From: an uncultured delta proteobacterium
Lineage (GTDB): Bacteria > Desulfobacterota > Binatia > UBA9968
Assembly: GCA_963737905.1 (NCBI GenBank)
Contig: CAVTUQ010000022.1
Coordinates: 96,001 to 160,000 of the forward strand
Reading direction: 5' to 3'
DNA: 64,000 nt
Shown one piece after another: positions 31,341-42,466 of the stretch (the first letter of the stretch is position 1; the number at the start of each line of letters is the position of its first letter). The notes beneath the pieces were generated by a model, which saw only the letters and a list, made by a program, of their open reading frames with translations, ran no database searches and had not been told where the DNA came from. The position numbers and the translations under genes are program-made.

Positions 31341-32069
31341 GTGTCCCTTCTTACTCTCGATAAAATCTCGAAGGCTTTTGGTGGCGTTGCCGCTGTCAAA
31401 GATGTCAGCCTGGCCGTTGAGGCCGGCGAGATTCTCGGCGTGATGGGGCCAAACGGGTCGGGGAAGACAACCCTTTTCAATCTGGTTAGCGGCGCGCTCG
31501 TTCCCGATTCGGGCGAGATTCAATTCCTCGGCGAGCGCACGAACGGTCTTCCACCCCATCGGATCTGTCGCCAAGGTCTTGCCCGAACCTTTCAGTTGGT
31601 TCGGCCTTTTCTCGGCCTGACCGTCCTCGAAAATGTGCTGGTCGGCCTTGGTTATGGCCGGGAGCGGCTGTCCGGAACCGTCGCTCGCAACAAAGCAGCT
31701 GAACTGTTGATGTCGGTAGGCTTGGAGGGTCAGTCGAGCCGTCCCGCGCATACCCTCACCGTGATGGACAGGAAACGCCTTGAGTTGGCGCGCGCCCTCG
31801 GGACTGCGCCCAAGCTCTTGTTGCTCGACGAGTTCATGGCCGGGCTGACCCCGGCAGAGACTGGAGAGGCGATGATGCTTATCCGTCGGCTGCGGAGTCA
31901 AGGGCTGAGTTTGATCCTCGTGGAACACATCGTTTGGGCGTTGCTCGACCTGTCGGATCTTATCGTGGTCCTAAGCGCAGGAGAGAAGATTGCCGAAGGC
32001 CCGCCCGCGAGCATCGCAAAAGACCCACACGTGATCGAGGTTTATCTGGGAGAAAGCGCGACGACTTAG
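31341..32069 (+). CDS. livG: ABC ATPase, LivG-type
   Basis: GPNGSGKTT, RTFQ, LLLLDE, VEH, VIEVYLG. Confidence 0.9.
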   Translation: MSLLTLDKISKAFGGVAAVKDVSLAVEAGEILGVMGPNGSGKTTLFNLVSGALVPDSGEIQFLGERTNGLPPHRICRQGLARTFQLVRPFLGLTVLENVLVGLGYGRERLSGTVARNKAAELLMSVGLEGQSSRPAHTLTVMDRKRLELARALGTAPKLLLLDEFMAGLTPAETGEAMMLIRRLRSQGLSLILVEHIVWALLDLSDLIVVLSAGEKIAEGPPASIAKDPHVIEVYLGESATT

Positions 32070-32075
32070 GCAAAG

Positions 32076-32173
32076 GTTCAAGTCGTTTAAATCGTTGAAG
32101 CAGTTCAAACCGTCGGAAACGGATTTACCTGTAACGTCTTGAACGACTTGAACGATTTGAACTGCTTGAACGG
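32076..32173. repeat. Inverted pair of 9-bp tandem repeat arrays
   Basis: (GTTCAAGTC-like)x4 ... (TTGAACGAC-like)x4. Confidence 0.8.
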
Positions 32174-32189
32174 AGTTCACACAGGAATC

Positions 32190-32915
32190 ATGCTTGAAGT
32201 GGAGAATGTTGCAGTCTCTTACGGCGCGCTGGCGGCGCTGCACAGGGTGAGTCTCACGGTCCGATCAGGGGAGCTCGTCGCTCTGGTCGGCCCCAACGGC
32301 GCAGGAAAATCTACGTTACTTAAAGCCATTGCCGGGCTGATCGCTCCGCGCGCGGGGATGATTCGATGGGAGGGTAAACGCCTTGACCTTGAGGCGCCCG
32401 AGTGGATCGTCGAATGCGGGGTTGCCCTGGTTCCCGAGGGGCGCCGTCTCTTCGCCAGGATGACCGTTCGGGAAAATCTCGAACTCGGCGCGTTCACCCA
32501 GCGCGCCCAAAAGGAACGACGGGCGCAGATGGAGCGAATCTATGCTATTTTTCCCCGGCTCCACGAACGGGAGCATCAGCCTGCCGGATTGCTTTCGGGG
32601 GGCGAGCAGCAGATGCTCGCGCTCGGCCGCGCGCTCATGGGGCTTCCGCGTCTGCTGCTGCTCGACGAGCCTTCCCTCGGACTGGCGCCGAGAATCGTCG
32701 AATCGATATTTTCCGTTCTCGCGGAGCTGCATCGCGAGGGGATGAGCCTGCTTATTGTGGAGCAGAACGTTCACGCAGTCTTGGCATTGGCCCAGCGCGC
32801 CTACATCCTCGAAGGCGGAAAAATCGTTGGTGAAGGTGAAGGTCAAACGCTACTTCAGGACGATTACGTTCGCGCGGCTTATTTGGGTCCGCTGGCGCGA
32901 GGAACGTCCTCATGA
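32190..32915 (+). CDS. livF: ABC ATPase, LivF-type
   Basis: GPNGAGKST, VPEGRRLF, LSGGEQQM, LDEPSLGLAP. Confidence 0.92.
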   Translation: MLEVENVAVSYGALAALHRVSLTVRSGELVALVGPNGAGKSTLLKAIAGLIAPRAGMIRWEGKRLDLEAPEWIVECGVALVPEGRRLFARMTVRENLELGAFTQRAQKERRAQMERIYAIFPRLHEREHQPAGLLSGGEQQMLALGRALMGLPRLLLLDEPSLGLAPRIVESIFSVLAELHREGMSLLIVEQNVHAVLALAQRAYILEGGKIVGEGEGQTLLQDDYVRAAYLGPLARGTSS

Positions 32916-33784
32916 TTCTCACACAGCAACTGATCCTTGGGCTCCTTGTGGGAGGGTTGTACGGCCTTGCCGCGGCCGGTCTCTCTCTGACGTTCGGCGT
33001 TCTCCGTGTCTTGAACATTGCCCACGGCGAGCTGTTGATGTTAGGCGGCTACGGAACGTTCTGGCTTTTTACCCTTTGGGGGATCGATCCCTTTGTCTCT
33101 CTGCTCGGCGTCGGGCCGGCCATGTTTGTGGTCGGGCTGGTTCTCTACTGGGCACTGTTTCAATTCGTCGTGAAAGCCGATGAAGAGATACGCATAAAAA
33201 ATTCGCTGCTGATCGGATTCGGTCTCACCCTGATATTACACACCTTAGCCATCCGTCTTTGGACCGCCGATGAGCGGGCGGTGACCACCGCCTACGCCGG
33301 CGCTGTCGTCAGGGTCGGCACGTTGGCAATTCCTCTTGTCCGTCTGAGCAGTCTCGCGCTCGCGTTCGCTATCCTGGCAGGGCTGCACCTGTTCCTTGCG
33401 AAGGCGCGCTGGGGCCGTGCCATTCGCGCGACTGCCGAGGATTGGGAGGCGGCAGCTCTCATGGGAATTCCGGTGGGGAAAACTTACCTACTTGCGTTCG
33501 CCCTTGGAACTGCGCTGGCGGGCATCGCGGGGGGATTAGTCAGTGTCTCGTATTCGATTAGCCCGTCCATCGGTCTTGAGTGGACCTTAAAGGCGCTGAT
33601 CGTCGTGGTGCTGGCAGGGCTCGGATCCCTGTTTGGCAGTTTCGCCGGCGGTATCATACTCGGGCTCGCTGAGGCGACCAGCGTGGCATTTCTCGGCGGC
33701 CCGTACCGCGAGGTGGTGGGGCTCATTCTCTTTCTCATCATTTTGTTGGTCCGACCTCAGGGGCTGTTTGGAGGGCGTGGGTGA
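32912..33784 (+). CDS. livH: ABC permease, LivH-type
   Basis: GLSLTFGV..LNIAHGE, GRAIRA. Confidence 0.9.
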   Translation: MILTQQLILGLLVGGLYGLAAAGLSLTFGVLRVLNIAHGELLMLGGYGTFWLFTLWGIDPFVSLLGVGPAMFVVGLVLYWALFQFVVKADEEIRIKNSLLIGFGLTLILHTLAIRLWTADERAVTTAYAGAVVRVGTLAIPLVRLSSLALAFAILAGLHLFLAKARWGRAIRATAEDWEAAALMGIPVGKTYLLAFALGTALAGIAGGLVSVSYSISPSIGLEWTLKALIVVVLAGLGSLFGSFAGGIILGLAEATSVAFLGGPYREVVGLILFLIILLVRPQGLFGGRG

Positions 33785-34698
33785 AATCGTTTTTGGGAGG
33801 AGTTTTGCTTGCTACGGGGTTTGCCCTCCTGCCGCTTTTTACCGCGCGCAATGATTTGCTGAACCTTGGAGTACAAATCTTTCTTGCCGTGGCTTTGGCC
33901 CAAAGCTGGAATCTCATGGGGGGCTATGCGGGCCAGATCAATCTCGGCCACGCGGCCTTCTTTGGTCTCGGCGCGCTGGTCACACGCACGCTCTGGGCGG
34001 GTGGTATTCCGCTCTTCTTGGCCCTCGGCGCGGGCGCGCTGGTGGCGACAGCGTTTGGTGTTTTGATCGGAGGGCCGGCTTTCCGTCTCCGCGGCGCCTA
34101 CTTCGCTATCGGCACCCTTGGTCTCGCCGAGATCCTGCGCATCACGGTGGGGAACCTCATGCCGGAGATTTCCACCATCCCCGCCTCCGAGCTTGCGTCT
34201 TACAATATTTTACCGCGTTATTATCTCACTCTGGTTATAGCCGTGCTTTGTGTTTCGGTGGTCGCAGCACTGGTTCCCTCCCGAGTCGGGCTCGGGATCC
34301 AAGCCGTGCGGGAGGACGAGGCGGCGGCGGAAGCTTCGGGAGTCGGAGCGTTCCGCCATAAGCTGCTGGCGCTGACAATCTCGACGGCTATGGTCGGACT
34401 CACCGGCGGCGCTTTCGCCTACTACCATGTCAGTTACTACCCGCAACACACCTTCTCTCCGGCCTGGACGTTCGACGCCGTGCTCATTTCTTTTATCGGT
34501 GGTGTAGGGACGATCTATGGGCCGGTATTAGGCGCACTTTTTTATGTCATCCTGAAGGAAGTTCTAGCGGTTCGACTTGTCGAACTCCACCTTTTGGTCT
34601 TTGGTGCCCTCTTCATTCTTGTCGTGTTGTTTCTACCCGGCGGACTGGTCGAAGCCTGGAACCGAGCACGCCGGCTCCTGGCCGCAAAGAACGCATAG
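33781..34698 (+). CDS. livM: ABC permease, LivM-type
   Basis: WNLMGGYAGQINLGHAAFFG, RLRGAYFAI, REDE.AA. Confidence 0.9.
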   Translation: MKSFLGGVLLATGFALLPLFTARNDLLNLGVQIFLAVALAQSWNLMGGYAGQINLGHAAFFGLGALVTRTLWAGGIPLFLALGAGALVATAFGVLIGGPAFRLRGAYFAIGTLGLAEILRITVGNLMPEISTIPASELASYNILPRYYLTLVIAVLCVSVVAALVPSRVGLGIQAVREDEAAAEASGVGAFRHKLLALTISTAMVGLTGGAFAYYHVSYYPQHTFSPAWTFDAVLISFIGGVGTIYGPVLGALFYVILKEVLAVRLVELHLLVFGALFILVVLFLPGGLVEAWNRARRLLAAKNA

Positions 34699-34756
34699 AA
34701 CTCAAGCGTTCCCTTTGCGATCTTTGCGTTCTCTGCGGTTGGTCCGTTCGTCTCGA

Positions 34757-36868
34757 CTATAGCAAAACCGCCAGAGCGTCGCCCACGACCACGCCCGAGC
34801 CCTCGGGCAAAACAAAAAGAGGATTGATTTCCAGTTCAGCGATTCGTTCTTGCCACTCGCTGGCAAGTTGCCCCACCTGGCACAGCACCTGTGCGAGGGC
34901 CTCTAGGTCGGCGGCGGGGCGGCCACGGAAAGTGGTCAGGATGCGATAGCCACGAATTCTCCAAATCATCTCCCGGGCCTCATCCAGGCTCAACGGTGCC
35001 GGCCAGACCGCAAAATCTCTGATCGCCTCGACGAAAATTCCACCGAGGCCAAAAGTCAAAACCGGCCCGAAGCGCAGGTCCTGCCGAGTGCTGACGATGA
35101 CTTCTCGTCTGTCTCCGCCGATCATTTCTTCCACCAGCACGCCATCCAAGCGTGCCCGCGGATCCCATTTTTTGGCCTTCGCCACGATCTCCTCAAAAGC
35201 GCGGTCTACATCATCCGCGCTTTCAATCCCTAAGCGAATCACCCCGGCCTCTGTCTTGTGAAGCAAATCCGGTGAAGAGGCCTTCAAGGCTACGGCGCCG
35301 CCGATGCTACTGAAGAGAGAACGAGCTTCCGTGGCGCTTCGGGCGAGTCCCCCGCGGGGCACGGCGAGTCCCCAAGCCCTTAGCAAGGTCTTTGCTTCAA
35401 CCTCGGTCAGGGCTTTGCGTCCTTCGTCCTTGGCCTTATCCAGAATCTTTTCGCTCTTTGAACCGGAAATGGGTTTTTTATCGCTAGGGCCTGGCGTAAG
35501 GGACAAAACTCTCTGCCGCGTTTCCACGTACTGAGCCATTTTACCGAGCGCTCGTATGCCCCGCGCCGGCTCCGGGAAAACCGGAACGCCGGCATGGGCC
35601 AGACTTGTCCAGATATCCGTACGGGGTAATGGGAACCAGGTCATCATAACAAGTTTGTCGCTGGCGTGGGCCACTTGCGCCATCGCGGCGGCGAGCTTCT
35701 CGTGCGCTCCCGGCACGATCCCAAAAAACATCACGAGATTATCCACGTTGGGATCCTTGAGAATTACCTCGGCCGCTTGAGTTAGAAGCCCCGGCCTGGC
35801 CACAGCCTCCGCCGTCACGTCCATGGGATTGGCGATGGACGCGAAGGCCGGCATAATTTTTTGTAACTCATCTTTGGTAGCGTCGGAGAGATCTGCGAAT
35901 TCCAGGCCGAACTCGTTTCCCACATCCGCCATCAGAATACCCGCCGCTCCCGAAATCGAAACGACTTGTACCCGCTTGCGGCGCGGTCTGCGGGGAGCTT
36001 GAGCCAGGAGAGCAAGGTCGAAAAGTTCATCGAGGCTTTCAGCGCGGAGCACTCCGTTCTTAGAGAAAACCGCCTGATACACTTCATCCGCGCCCGCAAG
36101 CGATCCCGTGTGCGAAACGCTGGCTTTGGCGCCCGCTTCGGAGCGGCCTGTTTTCATGATGATGAGCGGCTTGTCCAAAACCAAAGCCCTGCGCGCGGCT
36201 GCTTGGAAAGCCTCTCCGTCGCGGGCATCTTCGAGATAGCCGAGCACCAGCCGGACCTCCGGGTCCTCCAACAGGTACTGCAGATAATCGGTAAAACTCA
36301 GCACGCACTCGTTGCCGGTGGTGATCCAGTAACGAAACGCTAAACCGCGCTCTTTTGCCGCGCCGAGAATATAAGAGCTCAGGGCGCCGCTCTGGCTGAT
36401 AAAGGCTGCTGCGCCGGCCTCCGGAAAACCGCCGTCGAGACCGACGCTAAAAGTGGCCATGACTCTCTCTGGAAAGTACACAAATCCGGAGCAATTCGGG
36501 CCGCAGACTGCAATCCCATTCTCCGATGCAATACGCTGCAATTCTTCTTGCAGGCGAACTCCTTCGCCGCCCACTTCGGCAAACCCGGAGCTGATGATGG
36601 CTGCTGCCTTGACGCCTTTGGCGCCGCATTCCGTCAGCGCTTCGGGAACTGCAGTAGCAGGCAAAGTAATCACCGCCAAATCCACCTCACCCGGAATATC
36701 AGACAGCTTCGCGAAACAAGGCACCCCCGCAATCTCGCGATACTTCGGATTGACAGGATAGATGTTGCCGGCGTAGCCGTACTCACGGAAAAAACGAAAG
36801 GGTCGGCCACTGAGCTTGTTTTGTTCGTTGGAGACGCCGATCAACGCCACCGAACGAGGGTGAAACAA
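34757..36868 (-). CDS. NDP-forming acyl-CoA synthetase (acetate--CoA ligase family, fused alpha-beta)
   Basis: PRSVALIG, GPNC, SQSG, SHTGSLAG (phospho-His), HKTEAG, EINPL. Confidence 0.92.
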   Translation of the reverse strand: MFHPRSVALIGVSNEQNKLSGRPFRFFREYGYAGNIYPVNPKYREIAGVPCFAKLSDIPGEVDLAVITLPATAVPEALTECGAKGVKAAAIISSGFAEVGGEGVRLQEELQRIASENGIAVCGPNCSGFVYFPERVMATFSVGLDGGFPEAGAAAFISQSGALSSYILGAAKERGLAFRYWITTGNECVLSFTDYLQYLLEDPEVRLVLGYLEDARDGEAFQAAARRALVLDKPLIIMKTGRSEAGAKASVSHTGSLAGADEVYQAVFSKNGVLRAESLDELFDLALLAQAPRRPRRKRVQVVSISGAAGILMADVGNEFGLEFADLSDATKDELQKIMPAFASIANPMDVTAEAVARPGLLTQAAEVILKDPNVDNLVMFFGIVPGAHEKLAAAMAQVAHASDKLVMMTWFPLPRTDIWTSLAHAGVPVFPEPARGIRALGKMAQYVETRQRVLSLTPGPSDKKPISGSKSEKILDKAKDEGRKALTEVEAKTLLRAWGLAVPRGGLARSATEARSLFSSIGGAVALKASSPDLLHKTEAGVIRLGIESADDVDRAFEEIVAKAKKWDPRARLDGVLVEEMIGGDRREVIVSTRQDLRFGPVLTFGLGGIFVEAIRDFAVWPAPLSLDEAREMIWRIRGYRILTTFRGRPAADLEALAQVLCQVGQLASEWQERIAELEINPLFVLPEGSGVVVGDALAVLL

Positions 36869-37084
36869 TTTCTTGAGATCTATCGACTTTTCACTTCTAG
36901 TCTACGCTTAAAAGTTTTCGAAGTTTTCCCGGCAGTCGTTGCGTTCAGTTACCAGCTAAAGATTTTCCGCGGGAAGACCGAATAGCGGCAAGTCAAGAGT
37001 ATATTTTCTCTTGTGACTTTAGTCTTCGTGGTGAATCTTAGTCTTTCACAGCGGCTCCGCGGCGCTGGGCCGTTTGTGCGAGCG

Positions 37085-38469
37085 TTAACGCTTCACATCT
37101 TTTGGCGCCAGCCAGGAGGCGGGAACAAAGTCTTTCAGGTCCAAGTCGATCGAGGACATCCTTGGGAACGCGTGTGCTTCGGAGTGAAACTGTCCAGGCG
37201 CGGCTTAGCCGTGGCATCGATCCCCATCTTGGCCGTTACTCCGTCCTTCAAGTCGGAAGGATCGAGATCGGAGCCCCCGACATTGCTGATGATCATGACA
37301 TCTCTGTCGGCCTGGCAGCGTGTGCCCACCGCCCACTGCACGCGCTGGTCGTTGAAGATATCGATATCATGGTCCACGACGATCACATGCTTCATGTACA
37401 GATCAGAACCGAGTACCGCCAGGATCGCGTTTTTTCCCTGTCCCTCGGTTTTTTTCTCGATGGAAACATAAACGGTAAACGGCGCCGGGATTCGCACGGC
37501 CTTCACCGACGGGACCATGGCCTTCACGGCGCGGAAGAGATTGGCCTCCATGGGGATCGTGGAGAGCAGCAGATGATCCAGGTGGCCCACGACGATGTCG
37601 TGCAAGAAAGCGTCTTTGCGACGGGTGATCGCCTTGACGTGAAAAACTTCGCGCTTCCGGCTGCCCAGCGAGTAGCCCGTGAACTCTCCGAAGGGTCCCT
37701 CGTCCACTCTCTCAAAGGGCAGTATTTCTCCTTCGAGAATCATCTCCGCTCGGGCCGGCACTTTGAGGCTCAGGGTCTCCGCGGGCACGACTTCCATCGC
37801 TTCACCCGCCAGAGATCCCATAAGATAAAACTCTTCCTCGTCGATGGAACCGATATTCAGCGCTCCCAACGACCACGCGGGGTGCGTGCCCAGAATGACC
37901 GCGATCTCGAGAGGCTGCTTCAACTTTTCCGCATTCGTATAGAACTCCCAGAGATGTTTGGCCAAGGTGAGATGGATGGAGGTGTGGTTCTTGTCGATAG
38001 ACATGAGGCGGTTGAAGCTGCAATTCAGACGGCCGCTTACCGGATCTCTGGCCAGAGTGACGGCGGCGGTCAGATAGGGTCCTGCATCGTCTTGATGATG
38101 GATGATTTGCGGGATGGTGCGCAGGTCCACCTGGTCGCCCTTCAAGATGACTTCTTTCACCGGCCCCGTATCGACTTCTTTCGGCGGGATGAGGCGCTCG
38201 ATTCTCTTTAGATAACCCGCCACAGCGCTGCGTGGCTCGCTGCCGATGGCCGCCGCCAGCCGCCGGCGCGACGCGTGTACATTAGTCACGACTGGAAATT
38301 TCGTGCCTTTGACGTTTTCAAAGATCAGGATGGGAAACCGCCTCTCCTGTTCCAGTTTGACCACCAGTGCCGTGATCTCGAAGCGAGGATCTACCTGCTT
38401 GCTGATGGTTAAGACATCTTCGGGAGTTTCCTGCCGAATTTTTTCAATAAAGCTTCGCAGGTCGGTCAT
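37085..38469 (-). CDS. UbiD-family prFMN (de)carboxylase 2; C-terminal frameshift, end approximate
   Basis: FNRLM, EGPFGEFTGY, VVDHDIDI, LDPS, KMGIDAT. Confidence 0.92.
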
Positions 38470-38580
38470 GTTGGGTTTCGTTTTCGATATGATTTCTTGA
38501 CTCGATAAGTTTGCGGACCTTTAGCCTGTTAGCACAGGCCTACAGCGAAGTAATAAACGGATCCCTAACCATATATTTGC

Positions 38581-38907
38581 TCACAGAGTTAGTCCCAACT
38601 GTACTTTGATTGCCTGCTCAACTGCCTGTAGACCCGAACCGGACAAACGAGCCAATCGATTCTGCACGCGCCTTTTGCTCACCGTTGTTAGCTGATCCGC
38701 CATGGCCTTGTTCTTTTTCCCTTTGACGAGGACGTACGCCTCGCTAGGGTAAAGGTGATCCACCGAAGTGGTCAGAGGCACAACCTGAATACGGTTAAGG
38801 TACTTGTTTGAAGCGTTGTTGCTCACAATCACAGCGGGATGCTGTTTTTGAATCTCCCCGCCTGTCGAGGGCTGGAAATTGATCCACCATACCTCACCGC
38901 GTTTCAT
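38581..38907 (-). CDS. PemK/MazF-family toxin
   Basis: MKRGEVWW...GGEIQK.HPAVIVSN...VVPLT...DQL. Confidence 0.9.
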   Translation of the reverse strand: MKRGEVWWINFQPSTGGEIQKQHPAVIVSNNASNKYLNRIQVVPLTTSVDHLYPSEAYVLVKGKKNKAMADQLTTVSKRRVQNRLARLSGSGLQAVEQAIKVQLGLTL

Positions 38908-39126
38908 TGGCGACGTCTCCGACGGCAGCCTCGGCCCACTCCTGAGCCTCCGTTTCCCGGGCTTTTCTCGCGGCGGCCATTGACGATAGGCTGCTTCCAA
39001 GTCCCGCCCCATCACGTGTGGCCGCGCCAGGGACTCTAGAAATCGACTAATACGACGCCGCCCCACGACTCTGTGCAGTCCTTCATAGACCCGCTCGTCT
39101 AGCGTGATGGTCAACTTTTTCTGCAT
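38904..39126 (-). CDS. Cognate antitoxin (RHH-like); appears fused to the toxin through an indel
   Basis: MQKKLTITLDERVYEGLHRVVGRRRISRFLESLARPHV..DLEAAY. Confidence 0.75.
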
Positions 39127-39328
39127 ATCTCTCTCCAACTGGAATACGTGTGTTCGGACGTATTCTATACACGATGCCTTTAATTTATGCGCATCACGAA
39201 TCGGTTCAGAGTGTCCGTTACCCCCGAACGATTAGGCATACACCAGCAGAATATGCGCAATTACTTATGACGCTATGTATAGTCAAGAGTGCTAGATGAA
39301 ACAAAGTCGGCAATCTAAAATCCAAAAT

Positions 39329-40362
39329 TCATTTGATTACCCTATCCGCCCTTACCAGTACGTTGGGTGGAATGGTCAGGCCGATCTGCTTGGCCGCATT
39401 CAGATTAATCATCAACTCGAACTTCGTCGGCTGCTCGACCGGAAGATCGGCTGGCTTCGCGCCTTTGAGGACTTGTCGACATACGTGGCGGCGCGCCGGA
39501 ACAGATCGTTAATACTCGGCCCATAGGTCATGAGCCCGCCGTCTTCCACATACTCTGGCCTCGTGTATGTCACCGGAAGCCGGCTCTTTACCGCAAGCTC
39601 GACAATTTGTTTTCGATGAGAATTGAAGACGGCGCTCCCCAGCATAACGACTCCATCAGCGCGCCCCTTGGCTGCGGCGCGGAATGCGTTCTCAATATCC
39701 TTGGAACTTAGTACGTCTAGGTATTGAAGCTTCACTTTCAACGCCCCTGCGGCGAGCTCGATCTCTTTTAACCTTTGCGCGTTGCCCGGTTCGGTCAAAA
39801 TTCCGATGACGGTCACGCGGGAGAGCTTAGGAACGATCTCCTTCAAAAGCTCCAGTTGTTTTCCGCTTAGCTCCGGTGCAAGGGTTGACAGTCCAGTAAT
39901 GTTCCCTCCAGGTCGCGCAAGGCTGGCGACAAACCCGCTGGCAACAGGATCGACATCCTGCGCAAAGACAATGGGAATCGTGACAGTTGCTTCCTTGGCA
40001 GCACGGGTTACTGTCGGACCAGTCGTGACGATGACGTCCACCTTCAGACGCGCTAGCTCCGCCGCAAGCTCACGCTCGCGATCCGCTTTTACCTCTGCGT
40101 ATCGATACTCGACGACGATGTTTTTTCCCTCCACGTATCCCAGCTCGCGCAGACCTTGTCGGAACGCCTCGTGGCGGGCCGAGTTAGTGGAAGGGAAGCC
40201 ACCACTTAGGAATCCTATCCGCGGGATTTTCGTTGGCTGTTGCGCCTCGGCGGGGAAGCAGGGAGCAAGGAGCATGGAGCAAAGAGCAAGAAACACTGCG
40301 GCGTAAAGGCCTCGCGCTAAGAGTAAAGCGCAAAGCGTAACACGCATGACGTTCTTTCTCAT
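39329..40362 (-). CDS. ABC substrate-binding protein (ABC_sub_bind/TrpX-like), C-terminal frameshift
   Basis: [45 protein letters not shown], ...RADRVIK*. Confidence 0.88.
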
Positions 40363-40582
40363 ATGTTTTCTCCTGTTTCTTGCACTTGGCTCTTTGCCCT
40401 ATGCGCTTCGATGGTTCGGCATCGCTCACCACAGGTTTTGGATCCTTCGGCTTGGCTCAGGACAGGTTTCCGATTGTCGGAAGAAGAATTCAGCCATCGT
40501 ATCTGAGATCTTTTATTCATTCTCTTCGCCCCCAATCTAAAATCGGCAATCGAAAATCTAAAATATACTAGGTGGCTTCTCC

Positions 40583-40732
40583 TCACTCAACGATCTTTGG
40601 GCTCTCCTCGTCTAAAAACTGGTGGCTGCAATAGGGGCAGAGGAGCTTGATTTTTTTGTGCCGAAGCTCCTGCCAGTGGCAATAGAACTCGCCCTTGCAC
40701 TGGGGGCAGGTCACCCAGAAGATTTTTGTCAT
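40583..40732 (-). CDS. 49-aa zinc-ribbon microprotein (below the ORF-track cutoff)
   Basis: MTKIFWVTCPQCKGEFYCHWQELRHKKIKLLCPYCSHQFLDEESPKIVE*; AGGAG upstream. Confidence 0.75.
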   Translation of the reverse strand: MTKIFWVTCPQCKGEFYCHWQELRHKKIKLLCPYCSHQFLDEESPKIVE

Positions 40733-40919
40733 AGCTCTCTATTCTCCTAGGTCAAGCAATTAATTTTTCTATTTCGCCGAACTTGGCGTTCTTTGCGCCT
40801 TTGCGCGAGAATAATCTTAGTCCGACTCGGAGTTTCTCCCGATCCAAGACGCCAATCGCAAAGGCCCCGCCTACGCCGCTCTTCTTGCGCATTCTATGCG
40901 CGAGTCAAATATTTTTAGT

Positions 40920-42385
40920 CTAGACCTTCGGCAGCCGGTCGAGCAGGGCCCGCGGAATGAAATCTTCGAGCCGGGTTTTCTCCATGGCGGTTTTCGGCAC
41001 CGTGACGCGGGCTTCGTAGGGACGCTGGACCGGCTTCGTGGCGTCGATGATCATCTTCGCGGTCATGATGTTGTCGGTCTGCGAAGGATCCAGCGTGTTT
41101 CCCTTGACGTTTTTGATGACGTCCACGTCCTGGTCCGCTTGCACGCGCGTGGCCACGGCCCACATGACTTCCTCTTCGTTATAGATATCGATATCGGCAT
41201 CGACGACGACGACATGCTTGACGAAGTCGCATCCTCCCAACGCGGCCAATGCTGCTTGTTTAGTCTCGCCGTCGACTTTTTTGTCGATGGAGATGTAGCA
41301 GTTAAAGCGACAACCGCCTGACATCGGGAAATGCACGGCCTTGACCGTCGGCACGACGCCGCGAATCAGATTAAAGAGGCTTCCCTCTTTGGGGATGCCG
41401 CCGAGCACCCAGGTGTCACGGTGGCCGGTAAAGATATGCTGAAAAATCGCGTCGCTGCGGTGCGTGATGGCGCTCACTTCGATGACGTTGCGAAGCCGCT
41501 GCGGGCCGTAGTAGCCGGTAAATTCGCCGAAGGGTCCCTCCACTTCCTTCACATTGGCAAGCACATGGCCTTCGATCACCATTTCGGCGTCGGCCGGGAC
41601 CAAGAAATCTTCTCCCAAAGTTTCTGACGGCGTGAGCCTGAGCGGCGCTCCCATGATGGCGCCGACTTTGGCGTAATCATCGACGCCGAATGGCGAGACG
41701 TTCAGCGATCCCAAATAAAATGCCGGATGATGGCTAATGACGATAGCGACAGGCGTCGGGCGGTTTTTCTCTTCGTTCTTACGGTGGATTTGCCAGTTGT
41801 GTCGCGGCGACATGTGCAGGCCCAGCTTCCTTGGGCCTTTGACCATGTTGCGCTGGAAAGCAATATTGTAGAAGCCTTCGTCGGGATCCTTCATCACCGG
41901 CGTCATGTCGATGTACGGCGCCGGGTCCATGGCGTGGTGCCGGACTACGGGGAGGTCGTAAATATTTGCTTCTTCGCCGCGCTTGACGACTTGTTTGACC
42001 GGCGCCTCCTTCGCAGGGATCATTACCGGCGGAAGCAGCCTGTCCTCGCGCCGGGCATACTCGAGGCTGAGCGGTAGCTCGCTTTCGTTGGGTTTCATGC
42101 CGAGAGACAGCGCGCAACGTTCGCCCTCGTTGGGTTTCATGCCGAGAGATAAAGCGCAGCGCTGGCGGGTCGCAAAGACATTGCTCAGCAGGGGAACGCA
42201 AGGGTTTGCCGTCCATAGATCGAGCGGTTTTCAAAGAACAGGACGGGAAATTTTTTTTGATTCTCGAGATGCTGCAGCAGAGCGGTGACTTCGAATTGAT
42301 GGGGCGCGATAGTTCGCTCAATGCGAACAAAATCATAGGGCAGCCGTTCTTGAAGATCGTCGAGGAAAGCCTCTGAGATCCATGC
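40920..42385 (-). CDS. UbiD-family prFMN (de)carboxylase 1; N-terminus frameshifted
   Basis: AFQRNM, EGPFGEFTGY, VVDADIDI, LDPS, KMIIDAT; the start region reads MDLRGFP(L).D near 42385. Confidence 0.9.
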
Positions 42386-42466
42386 TACATAGTCGTAACT
42401 CCGCTACATGCCGGTTTACTTCCTGGTCTAGCAGGAAGCTGAGAAGCTTTCTCGGAGTCCCGGAGC

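Noticed and set aside
32076-32173. CRISPR-like array
   Set aside because: The units are 9 bp with no unique spacers and no cas genes. No CRISPR array was seen anywhere in the window.
37102-38211. Long antisense ORFs (e.g. 369 aa opposite ubiD2, 240 aa opposite istA, 204 aa opposite the SBP)
   Set aside because: These are shadow ORFs of GC-rich coding strands with no recognisable motifs.
38581-39138. Antitoxin-toxin fusion ORF (185 aa)
   Set aside because: The toxin has its own ATG (38907) and the junction peptide looks out of frame, so this is an indel artefact.
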